Source: an uncultured Acidimicrobiia bacterium (lineage in GTDB: Bacteria > Actinomycetota > Acidimicrobiia > Acidimicrobiales > AC-14). Taken from it: DNA of 64,000 nucleotides. The stretch covers positions 96,001-160,000 of the forward strand of contig CAWIIV010000007.1 in NCBI GenBank assembly GCA_963836205.1, given 5' to 3'. A program made the translations under genes and the position numbers. Each line of letters begins with the position of its first letter. The stretch's first letter is position 1. Positions 25,849-36,209 of the stretch are shown here, one piece after another. The notes under the pieces were generated by a model, which was not told the origin of the DNA, did not search any database, and saw only the letters and a list, made by a program, of their open reading frames with translations.

Positions 25849-27261
25849 GGTTCTTCGCGAAACCTGGTGATCGCGCCGCCTGAATGGCTTCCCCGTCATC
25901 ATCGGCGATCCCGGCCTCAGCTCGCCAGCGCTGGCGGGTGACCGGAGCAGAACAGAAGCACCCGGGCTCGGTAGTTGGCTCTGGAGGCGAACCCGTACGC
26001 CATTCGCTCCAGCACCTCGATGCGGGTGTTCACCCCCTCCGAGGCTCCGTTGGTGGCCCGGTCGGTCTTGTGGAAGTTGAGCGCCTCGACCCCCCAGCGG
26101 CAGAACGTGGTGATGGCCGATCCCAGGTTGATTCCCGCGGCCAGGTAGGCGTCGGTGAACCAGTCCAGCGCTTGCTCGGCGTCGGCGTCGTTCTCGGCGC
26201 AGAACACGACGTGAAATCTCTGCACCAGGCCCCACACCACGCCGAGCTCGGGATGGGCGTCGAAGAGTGCGCCCAGGCGGGCCATCTCCTCGCCGCTGAG
26301 TCGGTCGAGCCGCTTCATCAGCAGGAACCGGGCCCGGAACACCTCGGCGTCATGCGGCTGGCCGAGGGGGCTGCGCTGGGCGTCCCGGCGGGCGCTGACC
26401 AGCACCTTGGCGAAGCCGCGCACGACATGGAACCGATCCGCCACGTGGCGGGCGTGGGGCAGGTGCTTGCGCACCGCAACCCGGTAGCACTCGGCCATGT
26501 CGGTCACCACCACCGACACGCCCCCTCGCCAAGATGGGCTCTGAGCTGCGAGGAAGCCCCCCAGCACATCCGCCGAGCGGCCCTTGAGCACGGCGATGAC
26601 GGCGCCCCGGTCGCCGTCGGTGAGGATGGTGGAGAACTGGCCCCGGCCCTTGCGCATCGACTTCTCGTCGACCAGCAGCACCCGGCAGGGACGACGCCGT
26701 CGAGCCCGGGCCAGCAGCTCGCCCTCGGCCAGCACCAGGCGCATCACCCGGTGCCAGGACAGTCCGTGGCGGCGGGCCACGGCGGCAACGGTCATGTCCT
26801 TGGCGTCGGCCACCACCGCCCGGGCCAGTCGCCTGGTCATGCGGTCGACGAAGAACGGATGGCTCTCCGTCGTCGTCGTGCGACAGTTCTTGCACCGGAA
26901 CCGGCGGCGGTGCCAGACCAGGGTGACGGGCCGTCCCGACACGGCCAGGTCGGCGATGCGGACCTTGCGGGTGGCATGCACCCGGGCCGTCTTGTGCCCG
27001 CAGGCCGAGCAGCGGATCACGTTGGCGATGGCCACCACCGCCACCACCAGGGACTCGGGCAGGTCCTCCACCACCTCCAGTACACGCACCGCGCGCAGGT
27101 GCAGGCGGATCGTCATAGCGTCGAGGGCAGCCACCAGGCCTCCTTGTTCGATCAGCTTCGTCACTGACCAGTTCAGGAGGCCCGGTGGCCCAGATGGTGG
27201 ATGCCGGCTACGGCACCGGCGCCCGTTCACGAGAGGCCGTCACCAGCTTTCGCGAAGAGGG
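25849..27261 (-). mobile_element. ISL3-family insertion sequence, 1413 bp
   Basis: Imperfect 22-bp terminal IRs (GGTTCTTCGCGAAACCTGGTGA 25849-25870; TCACCAGCTTTCGCGAAGAGGG 27240-27261); 8-bp TSD TCATAACC at 25841-25848 and 27262-27269. Confidence 0.92.
25917..27134 (-). CDS. ISL3-family transposase
   Basis: Zn finger CSACG...RRFRCKNC; VDE, TDM, ADRFHV, TNGASEGVNTRI, R.AYGF motifs; AAGGAGG before GTG 27134. Confidence 0.92.
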   Translation of the reverse strand: MAALDAMTIRLHLRAVRVLEVVEDLPESLVVAVVAIANVIRCSACGHKTARVHATRKVRIADLAVSGRPVTLVWHRRRFRCKNCRTTTTESHPFFVDRMTRRLARAVVADAKDMTVAAVARRHGLSWHRVMRLVLAEGELLARARRRRPCRVLLVDEKSMRKGRGQFSTILTDGDRGAVIAVLKGRSADVLGGFLAAQSPSWRGGVSVVVTDMAECYRVAVRKHLPHARHVADRFHVVRGFAKVLVSARRDAQRSPLGQPHDAEVFRARFLLMKRLDRLSGEEMARLGALFDAHPELGVVWGLVQRFHVVFCAENDADAEQALDWFTDAYLAAGINLGSAITTFCRWGVEALNFHKTDRATNGASEGVNTRIEVLERMAYGFASRANYRARVLLFCSGHPPALAS

Positions 27262-27325
27262 TCATAACCGCGGTCGCGGAGGCCGTTGATCTAGGTGGCG
27301 CCGAGGTTCTCGTCGAGCTTCAGCC

Positions 27326-27560
27326 TCACGCCACGTCGACGAAGCGGGATGTGGCCATCAGGGCGCCGTAGGCCAGGCAGGCGTGCACATCGTCGGTGAC
27401 TAGCTGGGGGTACTCCTCGAGGACGCCCTCCGTGCGTCGCGCCGTCGGCGAGCAGGCCGAGGACGAGGCCTACCCAGATGCGCGTGCCCCGGACGACCGG
27501 CTTGCCGAAGCAGACCTGCGGGTCGATGACGATCCGGTCGAGGAGGGCATCAGGTGACAC
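27326..27560 (-). pseudogene. DUF433 antitoxin-like gene, frameshifted near 27435
   Basis: RIVIDPQVCFGKPVVRGTRI..GAT then, in another frame, EGVLEEYPQLVTDDVHACLAY...*; GTGA overlap with the PIN gene. Confidence 0.8.
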
Positions 27561-27639
27561 AGCGTCATCGTACGGGGGCCGGGGAGAAGAACGCTCGCAA
27601 CGTTGCCTGCGGCGACCGGCACGGCCCGTCCCGACCGCT

Positions 27640-27687
27640 CGTGACCCTCACGTGACCGGAATCCTAAGGTCACGCCAAGGTCACGCC
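27640..27687. repeat. Putative integrase arm-type binding sites, right end
   Basis: CGTGACC at 27640 and 27651; AAGGTCACGCC twice at 27666-27687 (11-bp period). Confidence 0.65.
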
Positions 27688-27754
27688 GGCCTTTGGAGCC
27701 CGATTCGGAGCCCTCGCCAGAGCCTAGAAATAGCCCCTGACCTGGGCTTTTGTC

Positions 27755-27828
27755 TGGAGCGGGCGACGGGAATCGAACCCGCGTTCTCAGCTTGGGAAGC
27801 TGATGTTCTGCCGCTGAACTACGCCCGC
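27755..27828 (-). tRNA. tRNA-Gly(CCC)
   Basis: GCGGGCGTAGTTCAGCGGCAGAACATCAGCTTCCCAAGCTGAGAACGCGGGTTCGATTCCCGTCGCCCGCTCCA: full cloverleaf, anticodon CCC, encoded CCA. Confidence 0.97.
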
Positions 27829-27850
27829 GAGGCGGGGCTTACTTTACCGG

Positions 27851-28489
27851 TCAGTCGGGGTGGCCGGCGTAGAGGGCGGTGAGGGCGTCGAGGTCGTGCT
27901 GGTCGTACCAGTGGAGCTGGCCGTCGAAGTTGGCGTTGGCGTGCATCGTCGCGCCCGGCTCGGGCCGGTGGGAGAGGCCGAAGACGTGGCCCATCTCGTG
28001 GGTGACGACGGTGAAGAGCTGTCCGTAGTTGAGGGTCCCAGGGCGGATGACGACGTAGGGGGTCGTGATGTGGGCGCCGGTCCATTGCAGGCCGGTGACG
28101 CCGGTGGTGCCGGGGTCGCCGACGCAGACGGTGGTGAACGAGTAGCCCGGCCATCCGAAGTTCTTGCAGGCCCCGATGTTGGCGTCGTCCTGGACGTACA
28201 TCACCGACGGGGCGCTGCGCACGTTGAGGTTGCGCTGGCCGTTCCACGACTGCACCCACTGCTGGAGCGCCTTGTGCATCGCCGCGTTGCCGGTGCGGTC
28301 GAACAGCCAGAACGACCGCTCGGTCGACACGACTGTGTTGTTCCACCGGTAACGTCCCCAATGGACGCCGCCGTTCTTGGTCTGGTGGTCGGCAGAGGCA
28401 GTGCCCGTCGTCAGACACGCGACGATCGCAATCGCCGCGACCAACATCGTCGCCCGCCCGCCCCCTCTCATCTGTCGGCTCCGGATCAT
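27851..28489 (-). CDS. Secreted metzincin (matrixin-like) zinc metalloprotease
   Basis: Signal peptide ending ASA; HEMGHVFGLSH (HExxHxxGxxH) followed by Met-turn ATM; exact start uncertain. Confidence 0.85.
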   Translation of the reverse strand: MIRSRQMRGGGRATMLVAAIAIVACLTTGTASADHQTKNGGVHWGRYRWNNTVVSTERSFWLFDRTGNAAMHKALQQWVQSWNGQRNLNVRSAPSVMYVQDDANIGACKNFGWPGYSFTTVCVGDPGTTGVTGLQWTGAHITTPYVVIRPGTLNYGQLFTVVTHEMGHVFGLSHRPEPGATMHANANFDGQLHWYDQHDLDALTALYAGHPD

Positions 28490-28725
28490 GGTTTAGGTGG
28501 TCGACCGTCAACCGGAGAAGGTTGAGCCTTTTATGATGAGTCATCCTCATCATCGCGGGACCTCCTTAACGATCGGCGTAGCGCGTTTGCACCGGAGCGC
28601 CGTCCGTGCCCCCGACTCGGCAAACTCTCGGCGGGGGGGCCGCCACCGGACCGCAGAGGTTCATCGTCGGGAAACACAGCCGCAATACGGGCGCCGTACG
28701 TTCAGCCGGCAATGGAGTCGAACCC

Positions 28726-29226
28726 GTGGACGTGACGCTCCTGCGCTGGCCCGACGAGGACGCCCGCCGGGCTCGGCTCAGCGTGGCGGGCGATCCCCGG
28801 CTGCTGCTGGTGGAAGACGGCCAGGACCCTCCACCGATCTGCGACTGCCTGGAGGACTGGATCCGCGTGCCGGCCGCCGAGGGCGACGTCCGGGCCCGGG
28901 TCGACGCCCTCACCCTCCGCAGCCAGGCCCATCGCCACGACGCACCCGGCCTCGACCTGCACGGTGTCCTGCGCTTCGGCGGACGGTGGGTGGCGCTGCC
29001 GCCGCTGGAGGCCCGTCTCACCGACGCCCTCGTCGCCCGCTTCGGCGCCGTCGCCAGCCGGGAGGCCCTCGTCCGCGCCGGGTGGCCGGAAGGGGCTCCC
29101 GGTCGCAACGCGCTCGACGTCCACGTCCTGCGCCTGCGCCGGCGGCTGTGGCCGCTGGGCCTGGCCATCCGCACCGTCCGGTCCCGCGGCTACCTCTTGG
29201 AGACGGCGCCGATCGAGGAGGCATGA
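28726..29226 (+). CDS. OmpR/PhoB-type winged-helix transcriptional regulator with degenerate receiver
   Basis: LPPLEARL..ALV..G.VASREAL...W....NALDVHVLRLRRRL....IRTVRSRGYLL. Confidence 0.82.
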   Translation: MDVTLLRWPDEDARRARLSVAGDPRLLLVEDGQDPPPICDCLEDWIRVPAAEGDVRARVDALTLRSQAHRHDAPGLDLHGVLRFGGRWVALPPLEARLTDALVARFGAVASREALVRAGWPEGAPGRNALDVHVLRLRRRLWPLGLAIRTVRSRGYLLETAPIEEA

Positions 29227-29360
29227 CGGTGGCCCACCCGGGGGTGGTGTTCGCACGGAGGAGTCGGTGGACCCCAGCCCCGCCGGCTCCTCCGGCGACA
29301 TTCGGTCCGTCTCCGACCTGCGCCTTCTCTAGGCTGACTCCTTGTCTCTAGGCTGACATC

Positions 29361-30560
29361 GTGATCCTCGACATCGCCGCCCTCGTCCAACCCGCACCCG
29401 GCAAGATCGTGCTGGTGGTGCTCGACGGCCTGGCCGGCTTCGCCGGTCCCGACCGGGGCACCGAGTTGGAGGAGGCCCACACCCCCAACCTCGACGCCCT
29501 GGCCGCCGCCGGCAGCATCGGCCTGCACGACCCGGTGGGGGCCGGGATCACCCCCGGTTCGGGGCCGGCCCACATGGCCCTGTTCGGCTACGACCCGGTG
29601 GAGTTCCAGCTCGGGCGGGGTGCGCTGTCGGCCGCCGGCCTCGAGGTCGAGATCAGGCCGGGCGACGTGGCCGCACGGGGCAACCTGGCCACCCTCGACG
29701 CCGAGGGCCGCATCACCGACCGCCGGGCGGGACGGCTCCCCGACGACGAGGCGGCCGAGGTGGTGGCCCGGCTCCGGGCCGCCATCTCCATCCCCGGAGT
29801 CGAGGTCACCCTGGCCCACGAGGCCCAGCACCGGGTGCTGGTCGTGTTCCGGGGCGAGAATCTGAGCCCGCTGCTGGCCGACACCGACCCTCAGAAGGTA
29901 GGCGTCCCGCCCGCCGCCCCCCTCCCCGACATGCCCGTCGCCGACCACATGGCCGAGGTGGTGGCCGAGTTCGACCGCCAGGCCCGGGCCGTCCTCGCCG
30001 ACCATCCCCGCGCCAACGTCGTCCTCCTGCGGGGCTGGGACTCCCACCGGGAGCTGCCCTCGATGTACGAGCGTTACGGCGTGCGCTCGGCGGCCATCGC
30101 CGTCTACCCCATGTACCGGGGCGTCGGCAGCCTGGTGGGGATGGACGTGCTCCCCCGGCCGGCCAACCTCGACGAGGAGCTGGCCCTCCTGCGCAAGTAC
30201 TGGGACGACTACGACTACTTCTTCTTCCACCACAAGTCACCCGACTCGGCGGGGGAGGACGGCAACTTCGAGGCCAAGGTGGCGGCCATCGAGGCCCTCG
30301 ACGCGGCCATCCCCGAGGTGGCGGCCATGGGCCCCGACGTGCTCATCGTCACCGGCGACCACTCCACGCCCAGCCAGATGGCGGCCCACTCGTGGCACCC
30401 GGTGCCGGTGCTGATGTGGGGCCCGCGGATCGGCCGCGACGACCAGACCCGCTTCGGCGAGCGCTGGTGCCTCCACGGCGCCCTCGGCCGCCGCCCCGGA
30501 CAGCAGCTCATGCCGATGGCCCTCGGCGCCAGCGGCCGCCTGGCCAAGTTCGGGGCCTAG
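29361..30560 (+). CDS. apgM: 2,3-bisphosphoglycerate-independent phosphoglycerate mutase (ApgM type)
   Basis: VVLDGL, TPNLD, TPGSGPAH, GRGAL, PDSAGEDG, TGDHSTP, HSWHPVP. Confidence 0.9.
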   Translation: MILDIAALVQPAPGKIVLVVLDGLAGFAGPDRGTELEEAHTPNLDALAAAGSIGLHDPVGAGITPGSGPAHMALFGYDPVEFQLGRGALSAAGLEVEIRPGDVAARGNLATLDAEGRITDRRAGRLPDDEAAEVVARLRAAISIPGVEVTLAHEAQHRVLVVFRGENLSPLLADTDPQKVGVPPAAPLPDMPVADHMAEVVAEFDRQARAVLADHPRANVVLLRGWDSHRELPSMYERYGVRSAAIAVYPMYRGVGSLVGMDVLPRPANLDEELALLRKYWDDYDYFFFHHKSPDSAGEDGNFEAKVAAIEALDAAIPEVAAMGPDVLIVTGDHSTPSQMAAHSWHPVPVLMWGPRIGRDDQTRFGERWCLHGALGRRPGQQLMPMALGASGRLAKFGA

Positions 30561-31375
30561 CCGGTCGTCCGCCCGGGGTCCGCCGGGGGGTTGAGGTTGC
30601 CGCTGCGGAAGCCCTCCAGGTCGACCGTCACCCGTTGGTAGCCGGCTGCTCTCACCGCTTCGACGACCTCCAGCCGGCGGTCGATCGCCGACGGTAGGTC
30701 GGCCGCCTCGAACTCCAGGCGGGCGACGTCGCCGTAGTGGCGGACTCTCACCTGGCGGAAGCCGAGGTGGTGGAGGGCGGCCTCGGCGCTACCCACCCGG
30801 TCGAGGACGCCCACGGTGACGGGGGTGCCGTAGGGGACCCGGGACGCCAGGCAGGCGGCGGCGGGCTTGTCCCAGGTGCGCAGCCCGAGCGCACGGGACG
30901 CCTCCCGGACCGCGGCCTTGGTGAAGCCGGCGTCGACGAGGGGGAAGGCCGCGCCCCGCTCGGCGGCCGCAGCCTGGCCGGGGCGGTGGTCGTGGAGGTC
31001 GTCGAGGTTGGTGCCGAGGACGATGGTGGCGGACTCGGCCGTCGCCCGCGGGGCGAGGGCGTCCATCAGCTCCGCCTTGCAGTGGGCGCAGCGGTCGGTG
31101 TCGTTGGCCACGTAGGCCGGACGGTCGAGCTCGTTGGTGTCGACGACCGACCATCGCAGGCCCCACTCCGCGGCCAGGGCGGCACAGTCGGCGGCCTCCT
31201 CGCCGGCCAGCGATGCCGACACCGCGGTGACCGCCGAGGCCCCCGACGGCCCCAGCGTGTCGTGGGCCATCCAGGCCAGGAAGGCGGAATCGGCCCCGCC
31301 GCTGAAGGCGACGACCACCCGCTCGAGCTCCCGCAACCTCCGCCGCAGAGCATCGAGCAGGACGGTCTCGGCCAC
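30557..31375 (-). CDS. larE: ATP-dependent sacrificial sulfur transferase LarE
   Basis: PP-loop AFSGGADS, RCAHCK, GTNLDD..D.RPG, WDKPAAACLASRVPYG, GFRSG. Confidence 0.92.
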   Translation of the reverse strand: MAETVLLDALRRRLRELERVVVAFSGGADSAFLAWMAHDTLGPSGASAVTAVSASLAGEEAADCAALAAEWGLRWSVVDTNELDRPAYVANDTDRCAHCKAELMDALAPRATAESATIVLGTNLDDLHDHRPGQAAAAERGAAFPLVDAGFTKAAVREASRALGLRTWDKPAAACLASRVPYGTPVTVGVLDRVGSAEAALHHLGFRQVRVRHYGDVARLEFEAADLPSAIDRRLEVVEAVRAAGYQRVTVDLEGFRSGNLNPPADPGRTTG

Positions 31376-31428
31376 CGGACAGACGTTACCGCTACTGTTC
31401 GTCGGTCGAGCCCGGCAAGGAGGTCCCA

Positions 31429-32655
31429 ATGGTCGTGACGAAGCGACGGTCCTGGCGAACGCTCACCCTGGCGATGGTGGCGGTATTGGCCCTGGCTGCG
31501 TGTGGCAGCGATGCCGAGGAAAGCGGAGGCGACGATCGGAAAGTCGCCAAGATCGGCGTGATCGTTCCCTTGTTGGCCGGTTCGACCTCGTTCGGCATCG
31601 GCATCCGCAACTCGGTCGACCTGGCCATCCGCCAGGCCAACGACGCCGACAAGATCCCCGGCTGGCGCCTCGAGCTGGCCGCCGAGGACGACAGCAGCAA
31701 GCCCGACGTCGGCAGCCGGGCGGCCAGCAAGCTGGCGTCCGACGGCGCCGTGGTCGGCGTGGTCGGCACGTTCAACTCGTCGGTGGCCCAGCAGACGAAG
31801 CCGATCCTCGACGGCGCCAGCATCGTCCAGGTGTCGCCCGGCAACACCAACGACACCCTGACCCGGGGCGAGAACTTCGCCACGGCGCCGGTCCGGCCCA
31901 ACAAGAACTACTTCCGGACGTCCACCGTCGACTCCCTCCAGGGCGGCTTCGCGGCCGACTACGCCTACAAGGACGCGGGCAAGCGGACGGTGGTGATCGT
32001 CCACGACGGCAAGACCTACGGGAAGGGCCTGGCCGAGTCGTTCGCGGCGAGGTTCACCGCCAACGGCGGCAGCGTCCTGGGCGAGGTCAGGGTCATCGCC
32101 GAGGACACCACCGACTACTCCGGTGACGTCACCAACATCCAGCCCCTCAACCCCGAGATCATCTTCTACGGCGGCGAGTACACAGCCGGCGCCAGGTTCA
32201 CCAGCGAGCTCAAGAAGCAGGGTGTCACCGTCCCCGTGATGGGCGGCGACGGGGTCGTCGACCAGAGCTACATCGACAACGCCAAGGAGGCCGCGGCCGG
32301 CGACCTCGGTACCTCCATCGGCGCCCCCGCCGAGCAGCTCCCGTCGGCCAAGGCCTACGTCGACGCCTACCAGGCGGCCAGCTACAACGAACCCGGCTCG
32401 GCCCAGGGCGCGCTGGCGTACGACGCGGCCAACGCCATCATCAACGCCCTGGTCACGGTTCTCCCGGGCAAGGACAAGATCGACCAGAGCGTGCGGGCGG
32501 CGGTGATCGCGGCCGTCCAGGGCACCGACTTCCAGGGAGCCACCGGCCGGGTTGCGTTCGACGAGTTCGGCGACGCGGTGACGAAGGTCCTGACCGTCAA
32601 CGAGGTGGCCGACAACGCCTGGAAGCCCATCAAGACCGGCGAGTTCGTCGCCTAG
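31429..32655 (+). CDS. Branched-chain amino acid ABC transporter substrate-binding lipoprotein (LivJ/K family)
   Basis: Lipobox LAAC; KIGV..PL, VVGTFNS, YGKGLA, AYDAA. Confidence 0.9.
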   Translation: MVVTKRRSWRTLTLAMVAVLALAACGSDAEESGGDDRKVAKIGVIVPLLAGSTSFGIGIRNSVDLAIRQANDADKIPGWRLELAAEDDSSKPDVGSRAASKLASDGAVVGVVGTFNSSVAQQTKPILDGASIVQVSPGNTNDTLTRGENFATAPVRPNKNYFRTSTVDSLQGGFAADYAYKDAGKRTVVIVHDGKTYGKGLAESFAARFTANGGSVLGEVRVIAEDTTDYSGDVTNIQPLNPEIIFYGGEYTAGARFTSELKKQGVTVPVMGGDGVVDQSYIDNAKEAAAGDLGTSIGAPAEQLPSAKAYVDAYQAASYNEPGSAQGALAYDAANAIINALVTVLPGKDKIDQSVRAAVIAAVQGTDFQGATGRVAFDEFGDAVTKVLTVNEVADNAWKPIKTGEFVA

Positions 32656-32804
32656 CCGCCCTTCATTCCGAGGCTGTGAGCCGTAGGGTTCGCGCCGGCC
32701 ACCGGACGCGGCCGCAGGCCGCCCCCCTGGCCGGCGCCGAGAAGCGGCCCGCCAGGGCGGCCCCGGGGGGAGGCTCGGAGGGGAGCCTGCCCCCTTCCGG
32801 GTAG

Positions 32805-33718
<914 letters not shown>

Positions 33719-33722
<4 letters not shown>

Positions 33723-35401
33723 CGGGGACGGTCCTCGACCGGGTACGTGGTGCGGCGGGGTCGGCCGTGGCCGGTCTCGTTGGCCGGGTGCCGCCGCTGC
33801 CGGCGGCGGTGGCGGGGACGGTCCTTCTGGTGGTCGGGAGCCTTTCGCCCTGGGCCACGTTCGCCGGCTTCCCGGGCAAGATGTCGCTGGCCGGGTTCCC
33901 GGGCGGGGCCCGCCAGTTCACGTTGGTGCTGGCGGCGTCGGGTGTGCTGGCGGTGGTGCGGTTGCCCGGCCGGAGGCGAGCGGGCCTGGCCGCGGCGGTG
34001 GGGGCGCTGGGGGTGGCGGCCTACAACGTGGTGGCCATCGCGGGCGAGGGCGGGGGACTGGGCGGCGTCGCCTACGGGGCGTGGCTGGCGGTGGTGGGCG
34101 GCGTGCTGCTGGCCCTGGCCTTCGCCGCCCTGCCGGCGGCGGCCGAGCGGCCCCTGCCCGACGACTGGCCCCGGTTGCCCACCGTCATCGAGTGGCTGGC
34201 GGTGGTGGCGGCGGTGGCGGCGGTGCTGTTCCTGACCGTGTGGGGACTCGCCATCGACGAGTCGAGCCGGTTCGTCTCGTGGGTGGGGTTCGTGATCGCG
34301 GCCGCCCTCGCCGTCTCCCGCCTGGGAGTGTTCTCGTGGCTGGAGGAACTGGTCGGGCGGCATCGGGCGGTGGCGCTGGGCGCGGCCGCGGTGGCATCCA
34401 TGGCGTTTCCGTTCACCCAGGCCGGCGACGCCTACTGGATCCGGGTGTTCGCCTCGGTGGGCGTGTTCGCGGCGGCTGCCATCGGGCTCAACGTGGTGGT
34501 GGGGCTGGCCGGGCTCCTCGATCTCGGCTACGTGGCCTTCTTCGGCGTCGGCGCCTACGTGGGCGCCCTGTTCGCCAACGCCACCCTCACCACCCTCCAC
34601 GTCCACCTGCCGTTCGTGCTGGTGGTGTTCTTGGGCGCGGTGATCGCAGCCTGCTTCGGCGTGCTCCTGGGCGCCCCCACCCTCCGATTACGGGGTGACT
34701 ATCTGGCCATCGTCACCCTCGGCTTCGGGGAGATCTTCCGCATCGCCGCCTTCAACCTCGACGGCGTCACCCGGGGCCCCAACGGCATCGCCGGCGTGCC
34801 CAACCTGGCCCTCGGCGACTACGACTTCGGGTCGACGCACCGGGTTTTCGGCGTCGACCTGCCCGGGTTCGCCAACTATTACTACGTGGAGCTGATTCTG
34901 CTTGCCTTCGCCATCCTGGCCTTCAGCCGGCTCAACGCCAGCCGCATCGGCCGGGCCTGGGTGGCCATCCGGGAGGACGAGGTGGCGGCCGCGGCCATGG
35001 GCGTCGACACCGTCCGCCTCAAGCTGCTGGCCTTCGCCATCGGCGCCTTCATGGCCGGAGCTGCGGGGACGGTGAACGCCCACGTCACCACCCAGGTGTC
35101 GCCCGACTCCTACACGTTCCTGGAGTCGATCCTGCTGGTGGCGGCGGTGGTGCTCGGCGGGATGGGGAGCATCCCGGGGGCCCTGTTGGGCTCGGCCGCC
35201 CTTTTCGTGATCCCCGAGAAGCTGCGGGCCTTCCAGGACAAGCGCCTCCTCCTCTTCGGCGTCGCCCTCATCCTGATGATGCGCTTCCGGCCCGAGGGAA
35301 TGATCCCCAGCCGTCGCCGGCAACGGGAGTTCCGGGACGAGGAGGGCGGGGCCGACGCCACCGGGGCGCCACCCGGAACGGCGATGGCCGGGACGCCGTG
35401 A
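33719..35401 (+). CDS. livM: Branched-chain amino acid ABC permease with long N-terminal membrane extension
   Basis: GLNVVVGLAGLLDLGYVAFF, LRLRGDYLAIVTLGFGEI, GRAWVAIREDE, RPEG. Confidence 0.9.
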
Positions 35402-36199
35402 CGGTCGCCGACGCGCCCGCGGACGGCGCCCGCGGCCGCCCCCATCCTTCAGGCCAGGAAGGTCACCAAGCGGTTCGGGGGGCTGGTGGCGGTGCACGAC
35501 GTCGACCTCGACGTGGGGGAGCGGGAGATCGTCGGCCTCATCGGGCCCAACGGGGCGGGCAAGACCACGTTCTTCAACTGCCTCACCGGGCTGCTGGAGC
35601 CGACGTCGGGCCAGGTCCTGTACCGGGGCAAGGAGCTGCCGGGAAATCCGGCCCGGGTCACCAAGGCGGGGGTGGCCCGCACGTTCCAGAACATCCGCCT
35701 CTTCCCCCACATGAGCGGGTTGGAGAACGTCCTCGTCGGCCGCCACTGCCGCACCCGGGCAGGCGTGCTGGCCGCCATCGGCCGGGGACCCGCCTTCCGC
35801 CGGGAGGAGCGGGAGTCGGAGGCCCGGGCCACCGAGCTGCTGGCGTTCGTCGGCCTCACCCGCCGCCGGGACACGCTGGCCAAGAACCTGCCCTATGGCG
35901 ACCAGCGCCGGCTGGAGATCGCCCGCGCCCTGGCCACCGACCCGGGCCTGCTCCTCCTCGACGAGCCCACTGCGGGGATGAACCCGCACGAGACGGCGGC
36001 GGCCATGGACCTCGTCCGCCGGGTGCGTGACCAGGGGATCGCGGTCGTGGTGATCGAGCACGACATGCGGTTCATCTTCAACCTCTGTGACCGGGTGGCG
36101 GTGCTGGTGCAGGGATCGAAGCTGGTGGAGGGCACGCCGGCCGAGGTGCAGTCCGACGCCCGGGTGATCGAGGCCTACCTGGGCGCGCCCGCCACATGA
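35398..36199 (+). CDS. livG: Branched-chain amino acid ABC ATPase (apparent frameshift near the 5' end)
   Basis: GPNGAGKT, RTFQNIRLF, LPYGDQRRLEIARAL; conserved ILQARKVTKRFGG lies upstream of the first in-frame start (35486), and GTG 35398 is out of frame. Confidence 0.88.
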
Positions 36200-36209
36200 G
36201 GATTGGGAC

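Larger units (their letters stand above)
25542..27329 (-). pseudogene. DUF5615 PIN-like (VapC45-like) toxin, with nonsense codon and ISL3 interruption
   Basis: GTG 27329 MRLKLDENLGAT* (TAG 27291-27293) INGLRDRGY | IS | DVDTVSDEG...VTLDLDFSN...GIVVLR. Confidence 0.8.
13446..27803. mobile_element. Genomic island (degenerate integrative/mobilisable element) integrated at tRNA-Gly(CCC)
   Basis: Bounded by the tRNA 3' direct repeat; contains a tyrosine integrase, relaxase-helicase remnant, IS elements, TA remnant and atypical-composition cargo. Confidence 0.9.
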
